This document shows positions 1 through 10,174 of a stretch of 64,000 nt of DNA, in pieces (position 1 is the first letter of the stretch; every line of letters starts with the position of its first letter). The stretch is taken from sequence record NC_061449.1; one strand, 5' to 3'. The notes under the pieces are model-generated. The model ran no database searches and was not told the origin of the DNA. It saw only the letters and a list, made by a program, of their open reading frames with translations. Made by a program: the position numbers and the translations under genes.

Positions 1-648
1 ATTGTACTTCACTCTGACAGGTACATCGTACCCATCAAGCAAGCCGTGACGTTGATATACTTCGAGGCGAAGTACCGGGGAACTGACCTGACAGCGTTCC
101 ATGATGTTCAGGTCAATTTTATCTGCATAGATGAACGGTCGTTCGCGCTTACACATGATATAATCTATCTCGTGTAAATTAAAGAGTGTGAAGTTCATAT
201 AGCCAATAATGAACTCAGCAATCAAACGGAACGATTCACTCATGTCCTGCCGAAACTGTTGTGTGAGAATCTGGTCAACATAGGGCCTGATAGCCATACG
301 CATCTCATACCAACTCTCACAAAACAGCGCGGGGAAGTCTTCAGGGTGATGGGCCATGAGACCCAGCACACCATTTTCTGTATCTGCGAAAGAGCTTAAA
401 ATGTCCGCAGCGTCAATGTCCGTTTCGACACCACAGCCTGTTGAAATAAATCGACGTTCAATCTCTCTCAACCAAGACTCTGATGCAGATAGGTATTGAA
501 GTAGTGTTTCTCTGGCGGCAGCCGTGAACTCATGCCTGTTGGAATCTAAAACTTCTCCAAGCATGAAGGCTTTCGCTTTGTAGAAATCACAATAGCGTTC
601 GGCAGTAAAGCGTCGAAACCCTATGTTATTCCTCAAATAGCCCATCAT
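1..648 (-). CDS. hypothetical protein, runs off the window (3' end missing)
   Basis: Hand-translated open frame MMGYLRNNIGFRRF... from ATG 648, overlapping the upstream stop (ATGA) and open to position 1; absent from the ORF track because it has no stop. Confidence 0.75.
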   Translation of the reverse strand, partial: MMGYLRNNIGFRRFTAERYCDFYKAKAFMLGEVLDSNRHEFTAAARETLLQYLSASESWLREIERRFISTGCGVETDIDAADILSSFADTENGVLGLMAHHPEDFPALFCESWYEMRMAIRPYVDQILTQQFRQDMSESFRLIAEFIIGYMNFTLFNLHEIDYIMCKRERPFIYADKIDLNIMERCQVSSPVLRLEVYQRHGLLDGYDVPVRVKYN

Positions 649-1163
649 CGCAATGCCCTCAAATCATTCAACTCCGTATTGCCTTGAGCATTAGGGGTTG
701 TATAAAGAGAACTGGATATGCTCTGCAAACGCAGACCGAGTTTCTCAAGTTCTTGCTGGTTTCCGCCCAACTTCTCAAGAACCTCTCGCATCAACTCGAC
801 AGACCCTTGATGGTCGCGGGACTGTTGAGAGATGATTCGTTCGAAGCGCTGCATGGCACGAAGAACAGAGTTCAAGCCCTCTTTCATATCCAAATTATCA
901 ACTGGCGCAGAATCAGAGATTGACTGTATCATCCGCATCATCTGTGCCAAGTCGGCTTGCAGCAATTCACCATCAGGGTTGATGGTCGATGCTGCTGCTT
1001 CCAGCTCTGCGTTCCGCTCTTTCAATTGCTCCAGTTCTTCAAGCTGAGGCAGTAGCTTCCACCAAACGTAGGCACCGCCCGCGATCAGTAGAACAACAGA
1101 GAAGACAGTCGCATAGTTGGACGCGAGCAACTTGTCTAAAATATCCGCCCACATTATATTCAA
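645..1163 (-). CDS. membrane-anchored coiled-coil protein (lysis/spanin- or holin-like, unproven)
   Basis: 172 aa; N-terminal TM (YATVFSVVLLIAGGAYVWW) followed by heptad-rich helices; coupled to both neighbours. Confidence 0.7.
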   Translation of the reverse strand: MNIMWADILDKLLASNYATVFSVVLLIAGGAYVWWKLLPQLEELEQLKERNAELEAAASTINPDGELLQADLAQMMRMIQSISDSAPVDNLDMKEGLNSVLRAMQRFERIISQQSRDHQGSVELMREVLEKLGGNQQELEKLGLRLQSISSSLYTTPNAQGNTELNDLRALR

Positions 1164-1444
1164 CCCTTACAGGTGTTATCGTTCAGGTCAACGATGACCC
1201 GTTCGGCACCTGGTTCGTTTACGTCAGTGGTTTTGTACGTGTGCGCCATCCGAGGCTTGAACTCTAAGCAGCTTTGTCCGTAACGTCCATCGACAACACA
1301 AATGGCAGACAAGCAGCTAACATCTTCCTTGAGTATTAAATTTTCAGGAGACTGGTTAACACTCCTAACAGCAGTGATCACGAAACCAACCACAGCGAGA
1401 GCAATGACAACCACAATGGCAATCCTAATTCGCTTGGCTTGCAT
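1160..1444 (-). CDS. small N-terminally anchored exported protein with 4 Cys
   Basis: 94 aa; KRIR then hydrophobic IAIVVVIALAVVGFVITAV; GAGGT RBS; GCTAATTT motif upstream. Confidence 0.75.
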   Translation of the reverse strand: MQAKRIRIAIVVVIALAVVGFVITAVRSVNQSPENLILKEDVSCLSAICVVDGRYGQSCLEFKPRMAHTYKTTDVNEPGAERVIVDLNDNTCKG

Positions 1445-1480
1445 TTCGGGTTCTACCTCATGGGTCCTTTTATATGTCTG

Positions 1481-1488
1481 AAATTAGC
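1481..1488 (-). promoter_or_regulatory. GCTAATTT motif, putative late promoter
   Basis: In the 65-nt gap, 37 nt upstream of ATG 1444. Confidence 0.55.
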
Positions 1489-1509
1489 GAACCACTTACG
1501 TATTGGAGG

Positions 1510-2535
1510 CTATTCCTCCAATACGCCGCTAATCTCCGAAAACATATTCTTGTACACTAAAGAACCATTCAGCTTGTCCAGTCTCTCAGGCAGAACGTAG
1601 AGGTGAGGCGATGTGCGCATGTTAGCCCACGTCTTCTCGTTACGATCCAGACCTCCAAGCATAGGTACGATAACCATACTCAGGTTCTTGTTTGCCTTGA
1701 CGAAACCAATGTCAATATGTTTCCTGTTTATGCTTCTGAACAACTTGTTGATTGCGTCCAAACCAACAGGTCGATTAAATTCCGTATCACTAACAGTATT
1801 GACAAGGCTGATAAGAAAACCTTTATCTTTGCTTTCAATGTCGAATAGGTCAGACTTTAAATCACCAACAGTGGACGCAGCGAAGTACGACACGTCATGC
1901 CCATAGTCTTTGAGACAAGCACCGAGCGCACGAGCTGATTCGATGTGCGCTACGTTGTCATCTCGTAGAATGTAAACAGGAGCATCAGCTTGGTACGTGC
2001 GTTGCGTCATCATATTGATAAGATCGCAAGAGGACTTACCGACAGTTGCTAATCCCTTATTTGCTATTACGAATTTGTCCTTATATTGTTCGTAAACATT
2101 TGGTGGCATGAACTTCATATAGTCATCGTCCAGACTAAGTATCATTCGAGGCTTAGATAGCTGGACGACTAGTTGCATACTGCGAAGCGATGCCTTGTAT
2201 TCTGTATCTGAAAGCACACGGCTTATAGGCAGATACTGCACGACAACGAAACGGTCATCAATTGAATCAACGACCGAACGTATCAACGTGCTACCGAGTG
2301 TCGGACCCGCAGAGAACTGAGTAACGATCATCAGGCTATTCTCAACCAAAGGAGCTGTTGAGGACATTGTGATGCCGTTACCCACTTGCTGCGTAGAGCG
2401 CTCCCACGTTAAGGTTGGCTCGCCTCCGCTATCGGCATATACATTAATTGCGCTACACCAGAGACAGGCTCCAAGAATGTAAGCAGCAATACGTTGTCTG
2501 GATCGGCTTCGGCTGGATTGACAGTTTCCGGCCAT
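1510..2535 (-). CDS. secreted protein, weakly resembling a periplasmic solute-binding fold
   Basis: 341 aa; AGAGGAG RBS 8 nt before ATG; signal-peptide-like N-terminus ending VYA|DS; alternating alpha/beta pattern. Confidence 0.65.
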   Translation of the reverse strand: MAGNCQSSRSRSRQRIAAYILGACLWCSAINVYADSGGEPTLTWERSTQQVGNGITMSSTAPLVENSLMIVTQFSAGPTLGSTLIRSVVDSIDDRFVVVQYLPISRVLSDTEYKASLRSMQLVVQLSKPRMILSLDDDYMKFMPPNVYEQYKDKFVIANKGLATVGKSSCDLINMMTQRTYQADAPVYILRDDNVAHIESARALGACLKDYGHDVSYFAASTVGDLKSDLFDIESKDKGFLISLVNTVSDTEFNRPVGLDAINKLFRSINRKHIDIGFVKANKNLSMVIVPMLGGLDRNEKTWANMRTSPHLYVLPERLDKLNGSLVYKNMFSEISGVLEE

Positions 2536-3233
2536 AGAACTTCTCCTCTATCGTCAGTGACGTAAGGAATGCCTGCGCCCTTGCCCAATCCATGCCGCAA
2601 GGCCCATACGGTGTCGGCATTCTGCTGCACAAACACTAACCCTTTCACCGACGCTTCATCAGTCGCCTGCTCAAGCACCTCGACACGGGCAGAAAGAAGC
2701 TGAGCCTCAGACTGTAGGTTACGAATAGCAGAAAGGTTAGAGTTAACACGCGCGTTCATGTTGTTGAACATGGTGAAGAACGAGTTGTTCATCGCCGTGC
2801 GGACGCCGTCCGTATAGGACTTAGGAATAAGTTCATCGCTGTCAAACGTTGTTACGCCTTTACGAGCCAGAACTTTACCAGTAAGACGTCCACCGCTTGC
2901 GCTGATAATCTGAGGGGCAGGCAGATCAGCTTCATCCCAGATTTGAACAGTGGTCATCACCGTATTGTAGTCAGTTTCCTCTTGCCACGTATTCTTGTAC
3001 GGCGCAGTAGCCGTCTTAGACTTACGCCGCATGACTTTCTTATATCCTGCATTTGCGCCATCTGCAATGATCCAGAGACCGTTAAGCGGGAATACGTGAG
3101 TGACCGGTTCGACGAAGGAGAGAATGATTGTAACATCCGCTCCTACCTTGTACGCAATATCATTCGACGCCGACAGACCTTGCTGTTGTGCAAGACTAAT
3201 CAACGTGTCCACGTAGTTAGTCAACTGGCTCAT
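2409..3233 (-). CDS. tail-fibre-associated protein with coiled coil
   Basis: 274 aa; AGGAG RBS; central coiled coil; C-terminal W-x-L-x-HGLG..P-Y-V-x-D..LTF..P.SG.A motif typical of phage fibre proteins. Confidence 0.7.
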   Translation of the reverse strand: MSQLTNYVDTLISLAQQQGLSASNDIAYKVGADVTIILSFVEPVTHVFPLNGLWIIADGANAGYKKVMRRKSKTATAPYKNTWQEETDYNTVMTTVQIWDEADLPAPQIISASGGRLTGKVLARKGVTTFDSDELIPKSYTDGVRTAMNNSFFTMFNNMNARVNSNLSAIRNLQSEAQLLSARVEVLEQATDEASVKGLVFVQQNADTVWALRHGLGKGAGIPYVTDDRGEVLWPETVNPAEADPDNVLLLTFLEPVSGVAQLMYMPIAEASQP

Positions 3234-3693
3234 CCGAGACTCCTAAGGATTGAAGAACAATGGAACTTTTATCGGAGAAGGCCTTAGCAATAAGTTTGGC
3301 AGCAGCCTTATCGACAACGAGTGTGCTGATTTTTCCTTTGGTATTACACACAATAGTTTGCGGTGCATACTGTGCTAGTGCCAAAGCGAATAGCAGATGG
3401 TTGCCTAGGTCACCAGTAATTGAAACGTCTACGTCAAGCTCAGGCACGTAGACATTCTGGTTAATCTCAGCAACAAACTGCGCCAGCGCAACAGGGTCGA
3501 ACTCAGGAGGCGCTGTATCATAACCCTCAACTAAGTCAATCTGACCGGTCTCAGGATAGAACTGAAAAGCAGACGGGTCGCTAATGATTCTACCGAATAG
3601 CTCGTCGCTAACTTCGATGCAATCATCGTCTGTCTTCTCGCGTACACGACCAACAATGCTGTTAGTCGCGCGATTGATTTTAATTATCGGCAT
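3217..3693 (-). CDS. putative fibre assembly chaperone / hypothetical
   Basis: Start moved to ATG 3693 (MPIIKI), immediately after the upstream stop; directly follows a collagen fibre gene. Confidence 0.6.
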   Translation of the reverse strand: MPIIKINRATNSIVGRVREKTDDDCIEVSDELFGRIISDPSAFQFYPETGQIDLVEGYDTAPPEFDPVALAQFVAEINQNVYVPELDVDVSITGDLGNHLLFALALAQYAPQTIVCNTKGKISTLVVDKAAAKLIAKAFSDKSSIVLQSLGVSDEPVD

Positions 3694-3694
3694 G

Positions 3695-4516
3695 TTAATC
3701 ACCCACCGCAGTATACCAGAAGTCCCAGCCGGCAGTGTTTGTGCCAGTAGACTTGATGGTGAAACCACCTAACAAGGCGTTCTCATTCATCGCGCTCGTA
3801 CCATCCAGATTGTAGAGCTGGTAGGTCTTCGCTTGGTTGAGTGCAGCGTTCACGAAGGTAATCTGAATGCTGATACAACGGTTGATGAATGCCGTGTTGA
3901 ATACGACGTGAATAGTATCAGTAGTTGACGCGTTCACGACTCGACCCATGTTATGAGTAAAGCCAGTGTTCATATCGCGGTTACTACCAATCCACGCGTT
4001 AGGGATAACTGCACCGGTCACAGGGTTGAGTGCTTGTGATACACGATACTCGTCGATAGCTGCATCACGCCCAGGACTACCTGTAGGGCCAGTGGCACCT
4101 GTAGGGCCAACAGCACCCGTGTTACCAGTAGCGCCGACAGGTCCTGTATTACCAGTAGGTCCGTTACGACCGCGCGGGCCACGAGGACCCGGGCAGCCAT
4201 CTTCACCGTCACGACCATCACGTCCGTCAGCGCCAGGCAGACCACGCAGACCATCTTTACCCTGCTTACCTTCACGACCAGATTTAAGCTGGTCAGCAGT
4301 CGGAAGTCCTAAGACGCTAGACTGACTTCCATCAGGCCAGACGATAGTGAGAGTGCCTGTAGTTGTATCAAACTCAGCACCCTGAGAGCCGGGAATCTTT
4401 GCAGCCTCTGTTGGGTCTATGAACTCAACAGCGGACGCCGTCTTCTTACCTAACACCTTGCCGACGGGGTACGAGCCACCGTCGATAAGAGCAGGGCTAA
4501 TCTTCGTAAGAGACAT
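3695..4516 (-). CDS. collagen-like fibre protein with C-terminal gp53-like/H-lectin-like domain
   Basis: 273 aa; about 30 Gly-X-Y triplets; N-terminal FDTTTGTLTI..GLPT motif shared with three paralogues. Confidence 0.85.
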   Translation of the reverse strand: MSLTKISPALIDGGSYPVGKVLGKKTASAVEFIDPTEAAKIPGSQGAEFDTTTGTLTIVWPDGSQSSVLGLPTADQLKSGREGKQGKDGLRGLPGADGRDGRDGEDGCPGPRGPRGRNGPTGNTGPVGATGNTGAVGPTGATGPTGSPGRDAAIDEYRVSQALNPVTGAVIPNAWIGSNRDMNTGFTHNMGRVVNASTTDTIHVVFNTAFINRCISIQITFVNAALNQAKTYQLYNLDGTSAMNENALLGGFTIKSTGTNTAGWDFWYTAVGD

Positions 4517-4527
4517 GGGCTAAACTC

Positions 4528-4731
4528 CTAACCAGTCAGTGTTGTCCAATCAGGTTGTCCCGATTGTCCGGCTTCTGGGTTTTTGACTTTCGTGTTATTG
4601 ATTGTCATACGAACCCAACGCACACTTCCGTCTGCGTCTTGAAACCGAACCTTCGTTCCACCGTATGCTAAATTAGCTACCCACCTGTCTCTTGAAGGGT
4701 CTTTGAAAGCTAAACGTGCATATGCTGGCAT
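4528..4731 (-). CDS. small hypothetical fibre-cluster protein
   Basis: 67 aa, fills the gap exactly; loosely resembles the N-terminus of 7652..9673. Confidence 0.7.
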   Translation of the reverse strand: MPAYARLAFKDPSRDRWVANLAYGGTKVRFQDADGSVRWVRMTINNTKVKNPEAGQSGQPDWTTLTG

Positions 4732-4734
4732 CGC

Positions 4735-7608
4735 TTAATCCTCAATCTCGTCAGGTTCCCAGCACAGGATAGGCCTGCGCCACACTTGGAATACGCCTTG
4801 TGGACTTGCAAGTCCGTCGAAGCAATCCATAGTTGTACCGCCACTGTTTCCACTCTGCATGAGAGTTGTGAGTCCGGCAGTCCACGATGCGCGTCCACCA
4901 GAGTCAGCCTCGAACAGTCCTTCCCATACCATGTCGAAAGCACCTTTCCATGCGTTGAAGTGATGCGAAGAATACGCACCGTCTTCTGTCGTACATAGAA
5001 CCATGTACTGATAATCTTTCACGCACGGAATGTTGTAGTTGTTACCGCGAGGCATTGTCGTACTGTTGCCGTTGTAGATACACTCCCAACCAGTGCGGTC
5101 TGATGCACCTGTCGTCATGAACAGAGGACGACGAATGATCATCATAATCCCGTTCTCTGTGCCGTGATTGTTCGACTTCTGGCAGAATGCGTTATGTCTA
5201 AAAGCACGGTCAGTTGTGAACGTCGTCGAGTTCGAGAAGTCACGGGTATAGTAGTTCGCTCCCCACTTAGGCAGATACTCTGCTGGTGGTACGAAGAAGT
5301 GACGTTCAGCAAGTTCAATCTCACCGTAACGGTCATACGCAAATACGATGTACTCATACCCAGGTGCTATGGTAATGTTGTGGCCTTGAGTGCCTACGCC
5401 GTTCCATTTCCACACAACCTGCCAGTCGTTTGAGTCACGCGTTGCTTCTTCGGTAATGAGCTGATACTTACGCTCATAGATGTGCCACACTTTCCCTTCT
5501 TCTGTGGTGTTGATGTATAGTGAGTTCGGGTCGTTGATGTTCCCGTTCTCAGTACCGCAGTAAATCTTATGCGACGCACCCGCAGAGTTATAGATAGTGC
5601 CGGACCCGATTGAACCAAACATATCCCAGTTCATCATCAGGTGAGAGGTACACATTTCGTTCTGACCGCTACCATCTGACGTTGTAATCAGATATTCGCA
5701 AAGGTCTTTAAACGGGTACTTAACATAGCGGTTGTTAGCTTTGTTTACAACGTGTACCCAGTCGTGCGATTGAATCTTCGGTACAGGGAAGCAAGGGTTA
5801 GTGACAGAAACAACGAAGGTTTTTGTCTCATACATAGGCAGCTTCTTGAAACGATTATCTCTGATCGTAACGCTATGCTGCATACCCATTGTTGAAGCAC
5901 CGTCTTGACTGCCGAGAACTTTGTAGTAACGCAAGTGACTGCTCTTGGTGTTTTCAAACAGACCGTTGAGCGCCATACTCATGTTACCTTCACGGTCAGT
6001 CCCTGTGACGTAAGGGAAGCCGTTCGTATCGAAGTCATAACCAACAGAGAAGTAGCTGTCAGTGTCAGAAGACTTAGCACCGCGATACATTTCGTTCCAC
6101 GCGTTACCCTCACCGATTCCCGGTTCACCGAACAGCGAGTAGGCAGCACGGTAAACATACTGCGAACCAGCGTAGACGCGACGTGATGCACCGATGCGAT
6201 ACATCGCTTGAGGCAAGCCACCTTGAAGTCGGTTAACGTCAGCAGTATCATAGGACACAACGTAGACGTAATGGTCAGAACCAATCGAGTTCAAGAATGC
6301 AGCGCAAGCAGCAGCATTAGCAACGCCTGGGTTAGTGCCCTCAGCAGATGCGTGAATGTCGAAGCGTTGACGTTCCACAAGCGCAAGGTCAGACTTACGA
6401 ATCTTATAGACGTTCCAGCCACGTTGATCTGTGTAGCGAGTACCGTTGAAGATTGTATAGCCTGTATCGCCTGTGTCGAGATAGCGCTGATAGCCTACAA
6501 CGTGCGAGAAGATTCTGCTACGTGCTGCAAGCGACTGCGCGTTCTCGTTCGACCAATTGACCGACACATCACCTGCTGCCATACGTGCTTGCCAATCATC
6601 AGGCTTGTACGGGTAGGTGGTAACATCGAAGTCTACCTGATAGGCTGAACCAGGTTCGACGCAGCATTTGTCTTTGTAGATGACAGGAGGATCGATGACA
6701 ACATCGTCAGGGATATCAACTTGACCGCAGTAGAATTGCTTCCACGTTCCAGGCTGGCCACCAATAGAGCCAGGACCTGACTGAGTTGTTCCTGTGAACT
6801 GATACGCAGCAGCGAGATGATAAGTCTGCTGGTTGTGCAACTGAGGCACGTTCGTCCAGCTAATGTGATTGCCAAACGTGTTCACGCTCTTGGTCTTCGC
6901 ATTAGGTGTAGCGACAACATACGCTTGACCGTTACTGCGTATACCGAGCGGGTTGAAGATCGCATTGAAGTTAACGTTACCTTCATATGCTCCCTTCTGC
7001 AATACAATCAGGTTCACACCGTTACGATGCGCTTCACGTAAAGCAGTAAGCATCGCAGTAGGCATACTCTGGTTAGGCGCAGACAGCAGCAGCATAACCG
7101 AGCTGAACTGTTTGAAATATTTATAGGTGCCGTCATATCCGTAAGCACCTGCATTGATTTCTTGCCAGCTATGCGCAAGCATATCGAGAGGGATACGCTG
7201 CATGTAGCTAACAAGCTGTCCCCATGATTCCATTGCTACATCATCATTCACTGGCGCAAGGTCAGAGATGACAAGCATTGTACTACCGAGAGTGACGTTC
7301 GAGTTATAGCCGCGTTGCGTAAGCAGATGACGCAGCACACCCATGTTGTTGATGTTCTTGTTTCGGTAGTTACCCAGCCAACCATAGTTGCCGTCAACCA
7401 TAGGGCTACCGTCACGAACAAAACGACCGTTCATATAGACAGCACCAAAGCCGCACACGAACGCTTGAGCATGACCATCAACTACAAACGAAGTGAAGCG
7501 AGTACCATCAACGGCCATAGCATCTACGCTTGCTTGGGAGCCATCGCCTGGGCTGCCACTAAATACGGGAGTAATGCCTCGCGCATATAAGCAACTTTGT
7601 TGCAGCAT
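4735..7608 (-). CDS. tail fibre / receptor-binding protein with ILEI/PANDER (GG-lectin-like) domain
   Basis: 957 aa; RGWNVY...RFDIH...VYVVSYD...IGAS...YRAAYSLFGEPG matches the ILEI pattern (about 6030-6430); repeated W-x-x-x-W/Y..YxYxV modules at the C-terminus. Confidence 0.7.
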   Translation of the reverse strand: MLQQSCLYARGITPVFSGSPGDGSQASVDAMAVDGTRFTSFVVDGHAQAFVCGFGAVYMNGRFVRDGSPMVDGNYGWLGNYRNKNINNMGVLRHLLTQRGYNSNVTLGSTMLVISDLAPVNDDVAMESWGQLVSYMQRIPLDMLAHSWQEINAGAYGYDGTYKYFKQFSSVMLLLSAPNQSMPTAMLTALREAHRNGVNLIVLQKGAYEGNVNFNAIFNPLGIRSNGQAYVVATPNAKTKSVNTFGNHISWTNVPQLHNQQTYHLAAAYQFTGTTQSGPGSIGGQPGTWKQFYCGQVDIPDDVVIDPPVIYKDKCCVEPGSAYQVDFDVTTYPYKPDDWQARMAAGDVSVNWSNENAQSLAARSRIFSHVVGYQRYLDTGDTGYTIFNGTRYTDQRGWNVYKIRKSDLALVERQRFDIHASAEGTNPGVANAAACAAFLNSIGSDHYVYVVSYDTADVNRLQGGLPQAMYRIGASRRVYAGSQYVYRAAYSLFGEPGIGEGNAWNEMYRGAKSSDTDSYFSVGYDFDTNGFPYVTGTDREGNMSMALNGLFENTKSSHLRYYKVLGSQDGASTMGMQHSVTIRDNRFKKLPMYETKTFVVSVTNPCFPVPKIQSHDWVHVVNKANNRYVKYPFKDLCEYLITTSDGSGQNEMCTSHLMMNWDMFGSIGSGTIYNSAGASHKIYCGTENGNINDPNSLYINTTEEGKVWHIYERKYQLITEEATRDSNDWQVVWKWNGVGTQGHNITIAPGYEYIVFAYDRYGEIELAERHFFVPPAEYLPKWGANYYTRDFSNSTTFTTDRAFRHNAFCQKSNNHGTENGIMMIIRRPLFMTTGASDRTGWECIYNGNSTTMPRGNNYNIPCVKDYQYMVLCTTEDGAYSSHHFNAWKGAFDMVWEGLFEADSGGRASWTAGLTTLMQSGNSGGTTMDCFDGLASPQGVFQVWRRPILCWEPDEIED

Positions 7609-7626
7609 GTTATGTCCTTAGATCGA

Positions 7627-7650
7627 TAAGAGGGGCCGAAGCCCCTTCTT
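7627..7650 (-). terminator. hairpin with UUCG loop, possible intrinsic terminator
   Basis: AGGGGC-TTCG-GCCCCT on the minus strand between two genes; weak U tract. Confidence 0.55.
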
Positions 7651-7651
7651 G

Positions 7652-9673
7652 TTATGCAAAGACTACGTTCGTGATCGCAATGTAATCCAGTTCTACACCG
7701 TCACCTCTATCAGAACTTGAGTAGAGGTATAGCCAAATTTCCTCACCTGCAGGAACATTGACGTTAATCGTGTACGACTGCATGGCTGTAGTGTTCAACG
7801 GATGGAACGCACTTCCGTTAGGGTCAGAACGTTCGTACCAACTAATGCCACTATGCCACGAACCCTGTTTACCAGAGTATCGAATAGCAACAGTGATTTG
7901 CTTGATACGACGGGTGAAGAAGTTATTCCACTTAATCCAACCTCTGGAGCCTCCCCAGAGAACACCATAGTCACCATCAGCAGCGCGTACTTGCGACCAG
8001 AAGTTACCAAAGCCACGACCACCTGTGTGTTCAATCTCGTAGCAGTACCACGGGAACGGGTCTGCTTCTGGAGGCTGCGCATTGCCGCCTTCGATTGTCA
8101 CACAACGATATGGAACAGTGAAGTCACTCACATTGATATGTGGTGGCTGAATCGGACAGTACACGTAGTACGACCAATCACATCCGATAGGCGCTGTCGC
8201 TCGCACTGTGATGTTAGAGCGAAGCACATGCTCAGGGTATTTCCAAAATTCGAGTGTGCCAGTCTTGCCCGCAGCAACGATAGAGGTATCGAGTACGTTC
8301 ATGTTCTGGTCAAACACTTCGAACTTGGTATCAAACGAGTTCGCTACGCAGACAACAAGCCCCGCGCGAATATCTGTCTGAGTTCCTAACGCAAAATTAT
8401 CTTCTGTGGTTGGATGACCGGCAGAGTATACGCTGTAACTCTGACATGGGTGCATGTATTCACGAGCACCACGTTCACCTGGGCAGTAGAGACTGTAGAA
8501 GCAACTCGCAAGCGATGCAGCATTGCCGAAGTCTTTGCTGACCACACGAACCATAATGTCACACGCAACGCCTTTAGGGTCAAAGTAGAAATACAGATAG
8601 CCTTCGCCTGTCTTAGCGTCGAGCGTTGTGGCAATACGTTGACCGCCTTGGTAGACCTCAATGAAGTCGAACGTTTCCCACGACGTGTAATCGAGATACA
8701 TCCAACCTGCAATCCAACCGATAAAGTGATAGTATTCGAAAGCGTTAGCGTTCTGAATACGTTCAGCAATAGGCCAGACTGTTGCGTGACATGGTGCAGG
8801 GAAGATTGGGCTGCCGATATAGTCAGGATGAATGACGTCAGGGAAGTTGATAACGTCATACGATGCCTGACTATCGAGCGCTAACCCACCACGGTCAGAC
8901 GGTGCAGCAAGACGAGGCGGATATACTTCGAGACTCCAGCCGTACCCTTGAGTTGTACGCACACGCACCATGATACGCATATCAGAAGCGTCAGGGTCGA
9001 ACTGGAATTTAATTCGAGAACGCCCTGTCAACTTGCCACACGTTGAAGCAACACGCGCACCCATGTGATATACATCGACGCTCGCACCGCCAGGCGCATA
9101 CGACGCAATCATCAGCTCGACATAACCTTCTATGGCTGGCATTGCATAGTACGTTTCAGTGATCACAGCACCACGTCCGTGAACAGACGCATATGGTACG
9201 TTGGGGTTAGCGTAAGTGCCTAATCCTGCGCGAGAAGCAACCCCAGTAGGGTCGTAGGATTCGATGGCCTTGATGCCGGGTCTGTTGATAGAACGACCAG
9301 TAGGAGGAGCGAAAGAGTTAACAAGACCGAAGCCAGTGCGACCAGCATCAGGCAAGTCAAACCCCGCAGGATAGCCGGTAAGTATGTCATACTTCTCACG
9401 ACCGCCACTCCCTATGCCATTGCCTGAGCCTTTGGTTGTTGACGTAGGACCGCCGCCACACGCGCCCGTTTCGAGATTCGAACACGGGTCATCGTATGTG
9501 GGGTCAAACGAGTCATCAATGAGATGCCAACGCTTGCCCCACTGGTTACGCACACTGAACTTCTCGGGAGTTAAAGGCGTCCAGTCTCCCTGATGTGTGC
9601 GTATGAACATAGGCGTGTCCACACAGTCATGCCAACCGTTATTCGCAGCATTACGAACGCGAAAACGAGACAT
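7652..9673 (-). CDS. Cys-rich virion fibre/adhesin protein with repeated beta-sandwich modules
   Basis: 673 aa; three related modules (V/I-D/E-V-Y..G.R.A.T) and an aromatic-rich C-terminal carbohydrate-binding-like domain. Confidence 0.7.
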   Translation of the reverse strand: MSRFRVRNAANNGWHDCVDTPMFIRTHQGDWTPLTPEKFSVRNQWGKRWHLIDDSFDPTYDDPCSNLETGACGGGPTSTTKGSGNGIGSGGREKYDILTGYPAGFDLPDAGRTGFGLVNSFAPPTGRSINRPGIKAIESYDPTGVASRAGLGTYANPNVPYASVHGRGAVITETYYAMPAIEGYVELMIASYAPGGASVDVYHMGARVASTCGKLTGRSRIKFQFDPDASDMRIMVRVRTTQGYGWSLEVYPPRLAAPSDRGGLALDSQASYDVINFPDVIHPDYIGSPIFPAPCHATVWPIAERIQNANAFEYYHFIGWIAGWMYLDYTSWETFDFIEVYQGGQRIATTLDAKTGEGYLYFYFDPKGVACDIMVRVVSKDFGNAASLASCFYSLYCPGERGAREYMHPCQSYSVYSAGHPTTEDNFALGTQTDIRAGLVVCVANSFDTKFEVFDQNMNVLDTSIVAAGKTGTLEFWKYPEHVLRSNITVRATAPIGCDWSYYVYCPIQPPHINVSDFTVPYRCVTIEGGNAQPPEADPFPWYCYEIEHTGGRGFGNFWSQVRAADGDYGVLWGGSRGWIKWNNFFTRRIKQITVAIRYSGKQGSWHSGISWYERSDPNGSAFHPLNTTAMQSYTINVNVPAGEEIWLYLYSSSDRGDGVELDYIAITNVVFA

Positions 9674-9682
9674 GCTTTCTCC

Positions 9683-10174
9683 TTAAGGACGGACCCAGAT
9701 GGCTCCGGGACTGATCTCTTGATCGATAGCAGGGTCAGTATCTTGCACGAAGACTTGTACTGTGCCTGGGTTACCCGGAGCGCCAGTAGGGCCAGTCGGA
9801 CCTGTAGGGCCAGCAGGACCACGATTGCCTACGTAACCTTGTTTGCCTTGCTGCCCATCAGTACCACGAGGACCCGGACAACCGTCTGTGCCTCGACGAC
9901 CATCATTACCCATCAGGCCGTCGATACCATCACGACCGGCAGGACCAACTCCACCAGCAGGACCGTAGCCAATGCTGTGAATAGTAGGCAGACCCGCGAT
10001 TTGCAGCTTGCCGATATTAGGGATATTGATTGCCAACACACCAGTAAGCGCATCGAACGCTCCGCTTAGAGTGCTATCGTCTTCTGACGTGTCAACAGTA
10101 ATACCACCTTGTGTCGCTACGACAGGACCAGAAGCATTGGCCCCGACGAGCGATATATCAACCTTAGATACCAT
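9683..10174 (-). CDS. collagen-like protein
   Basis: 163 aa; Gly-X-Y run containing GCPG; FDALTGVLAI..GLPT motif. Confidence 0.85.
   Translation of the reverse strand: MVSKVDISLVGANASGPVVATQGGITVDTSEDDSTLSGAFDALTGVLAINIPNIGKLQIAGLPTIHSIGYGPAGGVGPAGRDGIDGLMGNDGRRGTDGCPGPRGTDGQQGKQGYVGNRGPAGPTGPTGPTGAPGNPGTVQVFVQDTDPAIDQEISPGAIWVRP

Noticed and set aside
1453-1461. ATG-AGG-TAG minigene upstream of the 94-aa gene
   Set aside because: AAGGA lies only 3 nt from this ATG, and the GAGGT is better explained as the RBS of ATG 1444
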